A stretch of DNA of 41,317 bases, taken from IMG/VR virus record IMGVR_UViG_3300049164_000142, positions 1 to 41,317 of that record. One strand, written 5' to 3'. The first letter of the stretch is position 1. Every line of letters starts with the position of its first letter. The notes under the pieces were generated by a model that searched no databases, was not told where the DNA came from, and saw only the letters and a list, made by a program, of their open reading frames with translations. The position numbers were made by a program, and so were the translations under genes. Below, one piece after another: positions 9,405 to 19,472 of this stretch. Source of the DNA: a virus. Its lineage: Duplodnaviria; Caudoviricetes.

Positions 9405-9752
9405 GTGGCCACTCTCACGACCCAGACCATCACGGCCGGCGGGCTCAGCCCCACCTACGCGCCCGCAGACGTAGCCGGTGACAAGCTCAAGCCCGGCAAG
9501 ACGACCTTCCTGCACGTCAAGAACGAGGATGTCGCGGCGATGACGGTGACGCTGGCGACGCCCGCCACCGTCGACGGGCTGGAGATCGCCGATCGGCCCG
9601 TGACCGTCGACGCCGGCGACGACCAGATGATCCCCGTCCCGGACAAGGACTCGATGGGCCGGCCGCTGTACGGCGACCCGGCGGATTCCGGTCTCGCGTC
9701 CGTCTCCTACTCCGCGACCACCAGCGTCACGGTCGCCGCCCTGCGTATCTGA
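9405..9752 (+). CDS. Beta-rich virion protein, function unknown
   Basis: AAGGAGG RBS; FLHVKN, VSYSATTSVTVAAL. Confidence 0.7.
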   Translation: MATLTTQTITAGGLSPTYAPADVAGDKLKPGKTTFLHVKNEDVAAMTVTLATPATVDGLEIADRPVTVDAGDDQMIPVPDKDSMGRPLYGDPADSGLASVSYSATTSVTVAALRI

Positions 9753-9772
9753 CCACTGCCTGCACTACCCGT

Positions 9773-9801
9773 GCCCCGCCGCTCCGGCCGGGGCCTTCTT
9801 T
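9773..9801 (+). terminator. Intrinsic terminator-like hairpin
   Basis: GCCCCGCCG-ctc-CGGCCGGGGC followed by CTTCTTT. Confidence 0.55.
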
Positions 9802-9823
9802 ATGCCCCGAAGGAGGCACTGCC

Positions 9824-10306
9824 GTGTCTGATGTGATCAACGACGGCAAGACCCGGGTCGCCTGGGTCACCAGTATCGCCAACATCTCCGCCCCGACCGT
9901 CGCAGAACTCGAGGCCGGTGAGGACTTCACCACGCGCGTCACCCCGGACGGGCTGAACATCCCCGCGGAGACCGCCGACGTCGACAACAGCTCGCTCGCG
10001 TCGACGTTCACCACCAACCGGGCCGGCCGCCGCGGCTTCTCGCCGGAGGTGACGTTCAAGCGGGGCGACAACGCCACGGACGACCTGCCGTGGACGACGC
10101 TGACCTACCAGACGATGGGCTTCCTCGTGGTCCGCCGCGTCCTCCCGTACACCGAGGCGTGGGCGGCCGGGCAGGAAGCTGAGGTCTACCCGGTCGAGTG
10201 CGGCGAGCGGAACACCATCGCGCCGGCCCCGAACGAGGTCGCGAAGTTCACCTCCATGATGAAGCTCAGGGAGGAGCCGGACACCTCTGCGGTGGTGGCG
10301 GCCTGA
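9824..10306 (+). CDS. Major tail (tube) protein
   Basis: AAGGAGG RBS; IANISAPTVAELEAG, GFLVVRR, VYPVECGE. Confidence 0.88.
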   Translation: MSDVINDGKTRVAWVTSIANISAPTVAELEAGEDFTTRVTPDGLNIPAETADVDNSSLASTFTTNRAGRRGFSPEVTFKRGDNATDDLPWTTLTYQTMGFLVVRRVLPYTEAWAAGQEAEVYPVECGERNTIAPAPNEVAKFTSMMKLREEPDTSAVVAA

Positions 10307-10821
10307 TGCCCGACATCAAGGACGTCCTGAAGAAGGTCCGGCCGCGCGAGTTGACGGTGCGGATCTGCCTCGCGGGGGACGTGGCGGCAGAGGTCGAGCG
10401 GCTCGAGGCGCAGCTGTCGTCGCTGTCGGAGTGGAGGCCCGACAGCATCGCGGACCAGAACCCCGGCGTGGAGATCGCCGAAAAGATCGCCGCCGCCCGG
10501 GAGCAGATGCGCGAGGCAGAGGTCGAGTTCACCTTCCGGTCGCTGGGCGCCGAAGCATGGTCGGACCTCGTGGCCATGCACCCGGGCAAGACCGAGGACG
10601 CGGCGTGGGACGACGACACCCTGCCGCCTGCCCTGGTGGCCGCGTCCTGCGTCGACCCGGAGATGACCCCGGAGGACCTCGAGCAGCTCTTCGAGGCCCT
10701 GAACCTCGGGCAGCGCCAGCAGCTCATCGAGGCAGCCTGGCAAGTCAACGGGGAGGCGACCTCTGTCCCTTTCTCGCTGCACGCCTCCGCGATCCTCGCC
10801 TCCCACACCGACGGGAAGTAG
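10306..10821 (+). CDS. Tail assembly chaperone (gpG-like)
   Basis: TGATG coupling to the tube gene; acidic helical protein ending GGG AAG TAG. Confidence 0.8.
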   Translation: MPDIKDVLKKVRPRELTVRICLAGDVAAEVERLEAQLSSLSEWRPDSIADQNPGVEIAEKIAAAREQMREAEVEFTFRSLGAEAWSDLVAMHPGKTEDAAWDDDTLPPALVAASCVDPEMTPEDLEQLFEALNLGQRQQLIEAAWQVNGEATSVPFSLHASAILASHTDGK

Positions 10822-11126
10822 AGACCGCGCGGGCGTGGGGCGTACCCCGTTCGATCTTCCTCGGCAGGCCGTGGCCGCAACCGGGCGAGCCGCTGTGGAC
10901 GGACGACGACCGGGGCTGGGCGCTCGCCCTGCAGCTGGTCGAAGCACAGCGGTGCCCGGACTGCGGCCAGGACTGGGCAGAGGCATCCGACCCGAAGAAC
11001 GAGTTCGCCTGGCGCGGTGAACTCGCCAAGTGCCACGCCTGCGCGGCCGCCGCCCGGGCGCTGAGCAACCACGAGAAAAACGGCGGGGACACCCGCGGAC
11101 TGCACGTCCGCGTGACCAAGGGCTGA
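10812..11126 (+). CDS. -1 frame extension of the tail assembly chaperone (gpGT-like)
   Basis: Open -1 frame (EPLWTDDDRGWALA...CPDCG...CHAC) with no evident RBS; CGGGAAG precedes the gpG stop. Confidence 0.65.
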   Translation, partial: REVETARAWGVPRSIFLGRPWPQPGEPLWTDDDRGWALALQLVEAQRCPDCGQDWAEASDPKNEFAWRGELAKCHACAAAARALSNHEKNGGDTRGLHVRVTKG

Positions 11127-11184
11127 CAGCGGGGACACTCCGCTCTGCACGACCCACCTGACCTAGCACCGAAGGGGGTGGGCC

Positions 11185-14163
11185 GTGGCCGTCCGTACCG
11201 TCTCGGTGCTGCTCACGGCGGACATCGCCGCGTTCCGGGCCCGCATGAACGACGCGTCCCGGACAGCGAACCGCACCAGCCGGGACATCCGTACCCGCAT
11301 GCGGGACGCGGGCCGGGCGATGAACCGCGTCTCGCAGAACCAGAGGACCACCCTCACCGCGATCCGGAACACGTCGATCGGGTTGATCGCCGCGTTCGGT
11401 TTCGCGGTCGCCGCCTCCGCGCGGTTCGAGAAGGCCATGGCCTCGGTGCAGGCCGTCACCGGTGCCACGGCCGGAGAGATGGGCGTGCTGCGGGCCTCCG
11501 CGCTCGAGGCCGGCCGCACCACCAAGTTCAGCGCCGTGCAGGCCGCCGACGCGCAGCACGAACTCGCGAAGGCTGGCGTGTCGACGGCGAACATCGCCGG
11601 CGGCGCGCTGAAGGGCGCTCTGAACCTGGCCGCGGCGGCGGAGATTAACGTCGCTGAGGGCGCGGAGATCGCCGCGAACGCCATGACGGTGTTCGGCATG
11701 GAGGGTAAGGACGTCAGTCACATCGCCGACGTCCTGGCCGCCGCCGCCAACAAGAGCACCACCGACGTCCACCAGATGGGCCTGTCGCTGCGTATGGCGG
11801 GCCAGGTCGCCTCGCAGGTCGGCCTCAGCTTCGAGGACACGGCCGGCACCCTGGCGCTCTTCGCCGCGGAGGGCCTGAAGGGCTCTGACGCCGGCACGTC
11901 GCTGAAGGTCATGCTCCAGCGCCTCACGCCCAACTCCAAAGAGGCGCAGCGCACCATGGACGCGCTGGGCTTCTCCGCGTACGACGCGAACGGCAACTTC
12001 GTCGGCCTGCACGAGATGGCGCAGCGGATGAAGATCGCGTTCAGCGACCTGACGCCGGAGGCCCGCAACGCCGCCATGGGCGTCATCTTCGGCTCGGACG
12101 CGGTCCGCGGCGCGAACATCCTGTACAAGCACGGCGAGGCCGGGGTCAAGAAGTACACCGACGCCGTCAACGACAACGGCTACGCCCAGCGCGTCGCGTC
12201 CGCCCGGATGAACCATCTGCTGGGCGACCTCGAGCTCCTGAAGAGCGCGCTCGAGACGGCGCTGATCCAGACCGGCACCGCGGCCAACGCGGCACTGCGG
12301 GACATGGTGCAGTGGGTCACCCGCCTGGTGAACGTCTACAACACCTTGCCGCCCGGGCTGCAGCAGTCGGCCGGCCTGCTCACCGGAATCATCGGCATCC
12401 TCGGACTCGTCGGCGCGAGCATCCTGCTGTTCCTGCCGCGGGTCATGCTGGTGCGCCGCGAGCTGGTCGCGCTCGGGATCACAGCCCAGGTCGTGCGGGG
12501 GAAGCTTCTGCTGCTCGGCAAGTTGGGGCTCACGTTGGGCGTGCTCGCGGCGCTCAGTTGGGGCATCGACAAGCTGGTCAGCAGGTTCACGGCGGCGCCG
12601 CCCAGCGTCACGAAGTTGACGAACTCGCTGGTCACGTTCGCGCAGAAGGGCAAGATCGCGGGCGAGGCGGCGCGCCTGTTCGGCGACGACCTGGACGGCT
12701 TCGGGGATGCGGTCGCGCGCATCGCCCACCCCGGCGCCCTCGACCGCGTTGAGGACTTCTTCGGCACGTTCGACCCCGGTACGGATGTGGGCGGGCCTGG
12801 CCTGGACGCTGCCACAAAGAAGGTCGAGGCGTTGGACCAGGCGCTCGCGGAGCTCGTGCAGAACGGCGGGGCGAAGGAGGCCGGTGAGGCGTTCAAGCGC
12901 TACGCGGCCGCGGCCGAGGCCGGCGGTACCAGCACGGAGAAGTTCCGCACGTTGCTGCCCAAGTACGAGGAGGCGCTGCTCTCCGCCGACACGCAGACGA
13001 AGCTCGCGGCCAAGGGGCAGGGGGAGCTCGGGGACGCTGCCCTGACGACCAAGGACGCGATGGAGGACGAGCGGACCGAGGCGGAGAAGCTCACCGAGGC
13101 ACTCGCGGCGCTCAACGGCGTCGCCATCAGTAGTGCCCAGGCGGAGATCAACTTCAGGGACTCCGTCGCAGAGGTCACCGAGGTCGTCAAGGACAACGGC
13201 AAGACACTGGACGTCAATACGGCCAAGGGGCGGGCGGTCCGCTCGTGGTACCTCGATGCCGCAGATGCCGCGATCAAGCACGCGGAGGCCGTCGGTGAAC
13301 AGACCGGCTCCGTAGAGGCGGGCAACGCCGTCTTCGAGGCGGACATCGCGCTCCTCAAGGGCGCGATGAAGGCGGCCGGTTTCACCACGGATCAGATCAA
13401 CGAGCTGACCAGCGCCTACGCACAGCTGCCCGGCGCGAAGGACACCAGGGTCGCCGCGCCCGGCGCGGAGAAGACGATCAAGGACATTCAGACCTTGCGC
13501 GACAAGGTGATCGCCGTCCCACCTGGCAAGACCATCACCATCAAGGCCCCGACCGGGGAAGCGATCAAGGCGCTGCAGGCTGCCGGGTACAACGTCAAGA
13601 AGATCCCCGGCAGCAAGAACGTCAAGATCACCGCGCCGACGCACGGGCCTGTCGAGAACGCGAAGGCCCTCCGCCGCGAGCTGGACCGGCTCCGGGACAA
13701 GCACCTGAAGGTGAACACCCACTTCACCGTCACCGGCACCGGCGAGGCCCGCAACATGGCCCGGCTGCGCGCCGGGCACTACGCACGTGGCGGCCTGGTG
13801 CGCCGCTACGCCGACGGCGGCGCCGTGCGGGGGTACCCCGGCGGAGGGGCCGTCTTCGGTCCCGGCACAGCAACCTCCGACAGCATCCCCGCCTGGCTCA
13901 GCAACGGTGAGTTCGTCATCCGCGCGGCCGCCGTCCGAAAGTACGGTGCGGACCTGTTCGAGCGGCTCAACAACATGGCCGGCCCGCCTCTGTCGGGGCG
14001 GATGTTTGCTTCGGCCCCGGCGGCCGGACTGGTGGACCACGGCTCATCGAGCCCGCAGGTCACCTACAACGTGTATCCGCGCAAGTCCGTCATCGACGCC
14101 TCCGACCTGCGGCTGATCCAACGCCAGGAGGAGGCCCGTGCCAGGGTGGGGAGGCCGCGTTAA
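11185..14163 (+). CDS. Tape measure protein
   Basis: 992 aa, Ala-rich; TP901-type core (FSAVQAADAQHELAKAG, GLKGSDAGTSLK); C-terminal GPGTATSDSIPAWLSNGEFV. Confidence 0.95.
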   Translation: MAVRTVSVLLTADIAAFRARMNDASRTANRTSRDIRTRMRDAGRAMNRVSQNQRTTLTAIRNTSIGLIAAFGFAVAASARFEKAMASVQAVTGATAGEMGVLRASALEAGRTTKFSAVQAADAQHELAKAGVSTANIAGGALKGALNLAAAAEINVAEGAEIAANAMTVFGMEGKDVSHIADVLAAAANKSTTDVHQMGLSLRMAGQVASQVGLSFEDTAGTLALFAAEGLKGSDAGTSLKVMLQRLTPNSKEAQRTMDALGFSAYDANGNFVGLHEMAQRMKIAFSDLTPEARNAAMGVIFGSDAVRGANILYKHGEAGVKKYTDAVNDNGYAQRVASARMNHLLGDLELLKSALETALIQTGTAANAALRDMVQWVTRLVNVYNTLPPGLQQSAGLLTGIIGILGLVGASILLFLPRVMLVRRELVALGITAQVVRGKLLLLGKLGLTLGVLAALSWGIDKLVSRFTAAPPSVTKLTNSLVTFAQKGKIAGEAARLFGDDLDGFGDAVARIAHPGALDRVEDFFGTFDPGTDVGGPGLDAATKKVEALDQALAELVQNGGAKEAGEAFKRYAAAAEAGGTSTEKFRTLLPKYEEALLSADTQTKLAAKGQGELGDAALTTKDAMEDERTEAEKLTEALAALNGVAISSAQAEINFRDSVAEVTEVVKDNGKTLDVNTAKGRAVRSWYLDAADAAIKHAEAVGEQTGSVEAGNAVFEADIALLKGAMKAAGFTTDQINELTSAYAQLPGAKDTRVAAPGAEKTIKDIQTLRDKVIAVPPGKTITIKAPTGEAIKALQAAGYNVKKIPGSKNVKITAPTHGPVENAKALRRELDRLRDKHLKVNTHFTVTGTGEARNMARLRAGHYARGGLVRRYADGGAVRGYPGGGAVFGPGTATSDSIPAWLSNGEFVIRAAAVRKYGADLFERLNNMAGPPLSGRMFASAPAAGLVDHGSSSPQVTYNVYPRKSVIDASDLRLIQRQEEARARVGRPR

Positions 14164-15405
14164 ATGCCCATCATCACCACGGCCAGTGTGGTCGAGCAGC
14201 CCCCGGTCACCGTGCCGGATGTCGGCTACATCTCCGCCACCTATTACGACCCCGCCGGCGGCGTCTGGCCCCTGACCTCGCGCCGTCTGGGCTGGTACAC
14301 ACTCGCGGACGGGGTGTCGGGCCTGGGTGCCGTCCCCCGGGAGCTGACGACTGACCCGCACCCGCGGGGCGGATCACGACTGCGGCACGCGCAGCCGCTC
14401 AGCCGCGCGATCGTGTGGCCCCTGCACGTGTACGGGGCCACACACTTGGAGTTCGTGGCCCGTTGGCGGCAACTGGCCCGCGGGTTCACCCGCACCCTGC
14501 GCGACGGTCCCGGGGTCCTGGAGGTCGCCCGCCCGGACGGTACCCGTCGCTGGATCGACGTGCACTACCAGGACGGCTTCGACGGGCAGGGCAACCGCAA
14601 CGCCAGCGGGACCACATTCGACAGTGCGATCATCACCCTGTACTGCGAGGACCCGTACTGGTACGACCCGACACCGAGGATGCTGCACCGCGAGCACGGT
14701 GCCGGGGAGGACTTCCTCCAGCCGTACCCCTCGGTCTCCTCGTCCCAGGTGCTCGGCGCAACTACCGTCATGAACCCCGGCGAAGAGGTCGTGTGGCCGG
14801 TCTGGACGGTCACCGGGCCTGCCACCTCGGTGACGTTCACCCGCGACGACAGCGGCGAGTCCTTCGTGATCGACCCGTCGCAGGTGTCCGGGTCACTGCT
14901 GGCCACCGAGCAGGTCATCGTCTCGACCGACCCGCCGCGGGTGACGAAGAAGACCGCGGAGGTGCAGACCGTCGACCTTGGCGCCGCGACCGCCGGCACC
15001 ATCACGATCGGCTTCGACGGTCAGACCACCGCAGCCATCGCGTACAACGCGGACGCCGCCACTGTGCGCGCCGCGCTGGAAGCCCTGCCCAATGTCGAGG
15101 CCGGGGACATCGCGGTCAGCGGCGGGCCGCTGCCGGGCACGATCACGCTCTCCTTCGCCGGGCAATACCTCGGCATCGACGTGCCCGAGGTCACCGTCAC
15201 CCCGACCGGGCTGACCGGCGGCACGGTCACCGTCGCCACCACCACCGAGGGCGCGACCGTCAACTGGATCGGCGCCCTCGACTGGCCCGGCGCTGTTCTG
15301 TGGGGCCTCGACCCGGGCGACAACGAGGTCAACTTCCAGCTCGACGGCGCCGCCGCAGGCAGCTCTGTGGACATGTCGTTCAACCCGCGCTACGAGACCG
15401 CATAA
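14164..15405 (+). CDS. Distal tail protein (Dit) with inserted domain
   Basis: Follows TMP; LYCEDPYWY, NPGEEVVWPVWTVTGP, WGLDPGDN. Confidence 0.8.
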   Translation: MPIITTASVVEQPPVTVPDVGYISATYYDPAGGVWPLTSRRLGWYTLADGVSGLGAVPRELTTDPHPRGGSRLRHAQPLSRAIVWPLHVYGATHLEFVARWRQLARGFTRTLRDGPGVLEVARPDGTRRWIDVHYQDGFDGQGNRNASGTTFDSAIITLYCEDPYWYDPTPRMLHREHGAGEDFLQPYPSVSSSQVLGATTVMNPGEEVVWPVWTVTGPATSVTFTRDDSGESFVIDPSQVSGSLLATEQVIVSTDPPRVTKKTAEVQTVDLGAATAGTITIGFDGQTTAAIAYNADAATVRAALEALPNVEAGDIAVSGGPLPGTITLSFAGQYLGIDVPEVTVTPTGLTGGTVTVATTTEGATVNWIGALDWPGAVLWGLDPGDNEVNFQLDGAAAGSSVDMSFNPRYETA

Positions 15406-15414
15406 GGGGGGGCC

Positions 15415-16578
15415 TTGGCGATCCAGCTTCTCGTCACCGACCAGGACCTCACCGTGCAGGGCGACCCGCTCGCCGACTGGACGAGCCTCGATGTCACGGT
15501 CCGCTTCAACGAGCCCGGATCCGGGACCGTCACCCTGGTCGCCCACCCGTACGTGATGGAGCAACTCCAGCCGGGCAACCGGCTCGTCGTCATCCGCGAC
15601 CGCAGCATCTGGATGGCCGGCCCCATGGAGATCACGCAGGACTACTCGTGGGGAATCGGCAGCGAGGGCGAGGCTCCTCCAGGCCAGGTCACCGTGAACT
15701 TCAGCGACGACCTCGCCGTGGTCGCCGGGTACCTCACCTGGGCCGACCCGGCAGCCACGTGGGCCAACCAGCCCGACACCGCCGCATATGCGCTCACCGC
15801 CACCAACGCCGAGACGATCATCAGGACGCTGGTCGATCTCAACTGCGGCCCCGGCGCGCAGGCGGCCCGGCAGATCCCCAACTTCGTCCTGGACGCGGCA
15901 GCTGGCGTCGGCACCACGACGACGGTGAGCACCCGCTTCGAGGGCCTGCTCGCTGCCTGCCGGCGGGTCGCCGTCGACGGCGGCGGGCTCGGCTTCCGTG
16001 TCCGCCAGGACGCCGGGCAGCTCCTGTTCGGCTGCTACGCCCCGGCCGACCTCACCGCCACCGCGCGCTTCAGCCCGGGCCTGGGTAACTTGCGGTCGCT
16101 CACCTACAAGCAGTCCGCGCCGACGGTCACGCACGCCCTGGTGCAGGGCTCCGAAGTCGAGTCCCCCGCCGACCGTATCTTCACCGAGGTCGCCGACACC
16201 GCGGCGGCCGCGGCCTGGTGGCGTGTCGAGCAGCTCGTCAGCGGCAGCGCCGAAACCGACGCCGCCGGCGAGCTCACCCAGGAGGGCACCGAGGCTCTGG
16301 CCGAGGGGGCCGAGCCGGTCGAGCTCGCGACCGTCACCGTCGACACCGAAGACCTCCGGGCTGGCCGGGACTTCGGGCTCGGGGATCGGGTGACGGTGGC
16401 CCTGCCGACCGGTCTGGAGGTAGCGGACATCGTCCGCTCCATCCACTTGCAGGCCACCCCCGGCAGCGGGGAGCACGTCACGTCGCTGGTCGGCTCGCCC
16501 TCGGCGACGACGAATCCGCAGATGGTGCGGCTGGTACGAGAACTGGGCCGCAGGCTCGGCAGAATAGAAGCGAGGTAG
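15415..16578 (+). CDS. Baseplate hub / minor tail protein (ReqiPepy6 gp37-like)
   Basis: RFNEPGSG, ARFSPGLGNL, GRDFGLGDRVTV. Confidence 0.8.
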   Translation: MAIQLLVTDQDLTVQGDPLADWTSLDVTVRFNEPGSGTVTLVAHPYVMEQLQPGNRLVVIRDRSIWMAGPMEITQDYSWGIGSEGEAPPGQVTVNFSDDLAVVAGYLTWADPAATWANQPDTAAYALTATNAETIIRTLVDLNCGPGAQAARQIPNFVLDAAAGVGTTTTVSTRFEGLLAACRRVAVDGGGLGFRVRQDAGQLLFGCYAPADLTATARFSPGLGNLRSLTYKQSAPTVTHALVQGSEVESPADRIFTEVADTAAAAAWWRVEQLVSGSAETDAAGELTQEGTEALAEGAEPVELATVTVDTEDLRAGRDFGLGDRVTVALPTGLEVADIVRSIHLQATPGSGEHVTSLVGSPSATTNPQMVRLVRELGRRLGRIEAR

Positions 16579-16580
16579 AC

Positions 16581-17501
16581 GTGGCCCAGAATTCTTGGCC
16601 GTCGCCCAACCACAACTCACGTAACGTCACCGATGCCGAATACGAGCAGCTTGCCGCGCGGTTCTCGGACGACGGTGTCTACGGGGACCCGACGGGTACC
16701 GCCGTCTGCGCGGCAGGTACCGGCCTGCAGGTGACTGTGCGCTCCGGCGTCTACGCCTCGGTACGCGGACACACCTGGTACTCGGGCTCCGCGGACGACA
16801 CCCTCACGATCTCCTCCAACACGTCCGGGCAGACTCGCAATGACCGGGTCGTGCTGCGGCTGGACCGCTCGACCTGGGATGTGCGCGCTGTCGTGCTCGA
16901 GGGCACGCCGGGCGCCGGGTCCCCGGCTCTCACGCAGGACACCGGCAGTACCGGCGTGTACGAGATCCTCCTCGCGGGCGTCGTCGTCCCCGACGGCGCG
17001 ACCTCGGTGACCGTGATCCGCGGTGAGCTGTATGTCGGATCGAGAGTGCGGCCGATCACCTTCGGACACCCCAATCCGCTGCCCGTCCTGGGCGAGATCC
17101 AGTACGAGACGGACTCCGGCCGCTGGACCGGGTGGAACGGGAGCAGCCGGGCCACCCTCTACGAGGACACGGGTGAGCTCGCCCTGAGCGCGGGCGAGTC
17201 CAGCTGGGAGAGCATCGCCGACCAGGTCGGCCGCCGTATCGGCAACACAGTGACGCTGCGCATCAGCAAGCGGCGCAAGAGCACGCTGTCGAGATCCGAC
17301 TCGGACGGCTCCAAGGTCGCCGTCGTCCCCAGCACCCTGCGCCCGATCACCCGGAGCCACTTCTTCGCCTGCACCTTCTCCAACGGCGCGACGGGCCGCG
17401 TGGATGTCGGGATCGACGGTGAGATGCGGGTCAAGTTCCTGTCGGGTGACGTCGGCACCGGCCACACCCTGACCCTGACCATGACCTACCTGCGGTACTA
17501 A
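16581..17501 (+). CDS. Minor tail protein
   Basis: GAGG upstream of GTG 16581; NTSGQTRNDRVVLRLD, YEILLA. Confidence 0.75.
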   Translation: MAQNSWPSPNHNSRNVTDAEYEQLAARFSDDGVYGDPTGTAVCAAGTGLQVTVRSGVYASVRGHTWYSGSADDTLTISSNTSGQTRNDRVVLRLDRSTWDVRAVVLEGTPGAGSPALTQDTGSTGVYEILLAGVVVPDGATSVTVIRGELYVGSRVRPITFGHPNPLPVLGEIQYETDSGRWTGWNGSSRATLYEDTGELALSAGESSWESIADQVGRRIGNTVTLRISKRRKSTLSRSDSDGSKVAVVPSTLRPITRSHFFACTFSNGATGRVDVGIDGEMRVKFLSGDVGTGHTLTLTMTYLRY

Positions 17502-17511
17502 GGAGCCTTGC

Positions 17512-19137
17512 ATGGCCAGACACAGATTCGGTGGCATCGCCGACTACGTCATCTCCCTCGGCACCGACGACGTCGCCACGCTGCAGCCGTCCGCGACCGT
17601 CACCGCATGGAACGCAGCGAGCGACGGCACGCAGTACACCGACCTGGTGGAAACCGACGGGACCACGCCGATCGCCACCCTGACCACGGACGCCACCGGT
17701 GCCATCCCCGAGTTCGCTGGCCCGGACGGGGTACGGAGCATGTACCTCGACGCCAACGGCGGCGCCGGGCCGCGCCGGCGCACGGTGGCCACCGACCTGG
17801 GCGACGACCTGACCACGGTGGAGAACGACCTCGCCTCACTGTCGGGCACCGCTCTGACGACGGATGCGGTCACGACGGCCGGGGACCTGCTGGCCGGGAC
17901 CGGGGTCACCACGGTGGCCCGGGTCGGTGTGGCCAGCGACGGCATGACGCTCGTCGCCGACTCACTGCAGACAACGAAGATGCGGTGGGGTGCCGGGTGG
18001 CGGCGCCGCGATCTGCCCGATCCGGTGCTCGCCGAGACCCTCACCGCGGACACGCCCACGATCCAGGTGAACGGCCCGCAGTCCACGTCGTCCATCCCCA
18101 GCGCGCAGGCCAAGATCACCCCGGATACCGGCCCGTTCCTGTACCTGGGCGCCGGGGACTTCGAGTTCGGTGGCGTGTTCCCTGACACGGAGCTGTACCT
18201 GCCGACGTCCCGCTACCCCAACACGTACAGCTCGGGACAGTCGAACTGGGCGCTGGAGTTCATGACCGACGCCGCGACGTTCGGCCTGCAGTTCAAGTAC
18301 ATCAGCTCGGCGACGAAGTACCGGCTCACGGTGGACGGGCGCCCGGTGACCGACCTGCCGCAGCTCACCGGCGCCTCGTCGGCCGGCTCCCGCCACGAGC
18401 TGCAGGTGACATTCGCGTCCGCCGTGCCGAGGCGGATCAGGTTCGATGTCACGACGATGCCGTTCGGCGGACTGTTTCTCGGGCCCGGCGCGACCGCGTG
18501 GAAGCCGGCCTCCCGGGGTGGCCGGCTCGGTGTCCTCGGCGACTCCATCTCCGACGGCTCGTCACAGAACGCGGGTGCCGGTATCGGCACATGGGTGTAC
18601 CGGGCTGGGCGGCTGCTCGGCTGTACGGACGTGTGGGACCAGTGCCGGGGCGGCACCGGCTACATCACCCCCGGCTCGTACACGACCTTCGGCAACCGCG
18701 TGGCCGGGGACATCGACCCGTACAGCTTCGATCGGCTGATCGTGTGGGGCGGCTACAACGACTCCGGCGGCGACCAGGGCGCGATCGGCACAGCAGCCGA
18801 GGCCCTCTTCGACTCGGTGAAGGCGGCGGCCGTACCGGGCTGTGATATCTACGTGCTGGGGTGTTGGTCCCCGCTCGGCTCGCCGACGGCCACCCTCACC
18901 AACACGGACGCCACCCTCAAGGCAGCCGCTGCGGCCGAGGGTCTGCCGTTCATCTCCCCCATCTCCGGCGCGGTCTACGACGCGGCGGGGACGCTGCTCG
19001 ACACCCAAGGCGCGTGGATCACCACGGCGAATGCGGCGGCGTACATCGGCGGCGACGGCGTCCACCCCACCGACGCCGGGCACGCGTACCTGGCGCGGCG
19101 GATCGTAGAGGCGCTCAAGGTCCTCATGCCCGCCTGA
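17512..19137 (+). CDS. Tail fibre/spike with C-terminal SGNH/GDSL hydrolase domain
   Basis: All four SGNH blocks: LGDSIS, GGTGY, GGYND, DGVHPTDAGH. Confidence 0.85.
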   Translation: MARHRFGGIADYVISLGTDDVATLQPSATVTAWNAASDGTQYTDLVETDGTTPIATLTTDATGAIPEFAGPDGVRSMYLDANGGAGPRRRTVATDLGDDLTTVENDLASLSGTALTTDAVTTAGDLLAGTGVTTVARVGVASDGMTLVADSLQTTKMRWGAGWRRRDLPDPVLAETLTADTPTIQVNGPQSTSSIPSAQAKITPDTGPFLYLGAGDFEFGGVFPDTELYLPTSRYPNTYSSGQSNWALEFMTDAATFGLQFKYISSATKYRLTVDGRPVTDLPQLTGASSAGSRHELQVTFASAVPRRIRFDVTTMPFGGLFLGPGATAWKPASRGGRLGVLGDSISDGSSQNAGAGIGTWVYRAGRLLGCTDVWDQCRGGTGYITPGSYTTFGNRVAGDIDPYSFDRLIVWGGYNDSGGDQGAIGTAAEALFDSVKAAAVPGCDIYVLGCWSPLGSPTATLTNTDATLKAAAAAEGLPFISPISGAVYDAAGTLLDTQGAWITTANAAAYIGGDGVHPTDAGHAYLARRIVEALKVLMPA

Positions 19138-19196
19138 CCCGCCATCCTCCGTCCCGGCACCGAACGGTCCGGGGCTCTCTCATGTCCGGAGGCTTC

Positions 19197-19472
19197 ATGT
19201 CCACGCCCACACCGGCTGTCGGCCGGATCGTCCACTACGTCAGCCACGGCACCCCCGTACGCGAGGACGGAACGCAGGCGTTCGCGCCACAGTGCCGAGC
19301 CGCCATCATCACCGAGGTCACAGAGCACCCGGACGCCGACGGCACCGTATCCCTGGCCGTGATGAATCCGACCGGCACGTTCTTCAACCAGGCGGTAGCG
19401 CACGCCGAAGACAAGGCTGAAGGCGCGGCCGCGCACCCGGGCGGCACGTGGCACTGGCCGGAGCGGGTGTGA
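19197..19472 (+). CDS. Conserved small phage protein
   Basis: GGAGG RBS; PAVGRIVHYVS...CRAAIITEV...GTWHWPERV. Confidence 0.75.
   Translation: MSTPTPAVGRIVHYVSHGTPVREDGTQAFAPQCRAAIITEVTEHPDADGTVSLAVMNPTGTFFNQAVAHAEDKAEGAAAHPGGTWHWPERV

Noticed and set aside
13779-13920. YARGG/YADGG/YPGGG repeats in the TMP
   Set aside because: Ordinary C-terminal motif of tape measure proteins.
10186-14040. 1284-aa reverse-strand ORF
   Set aside because: Antisense shadow of the tape measure gene; such ORFs are expected with high GC3 and it has no motifs.
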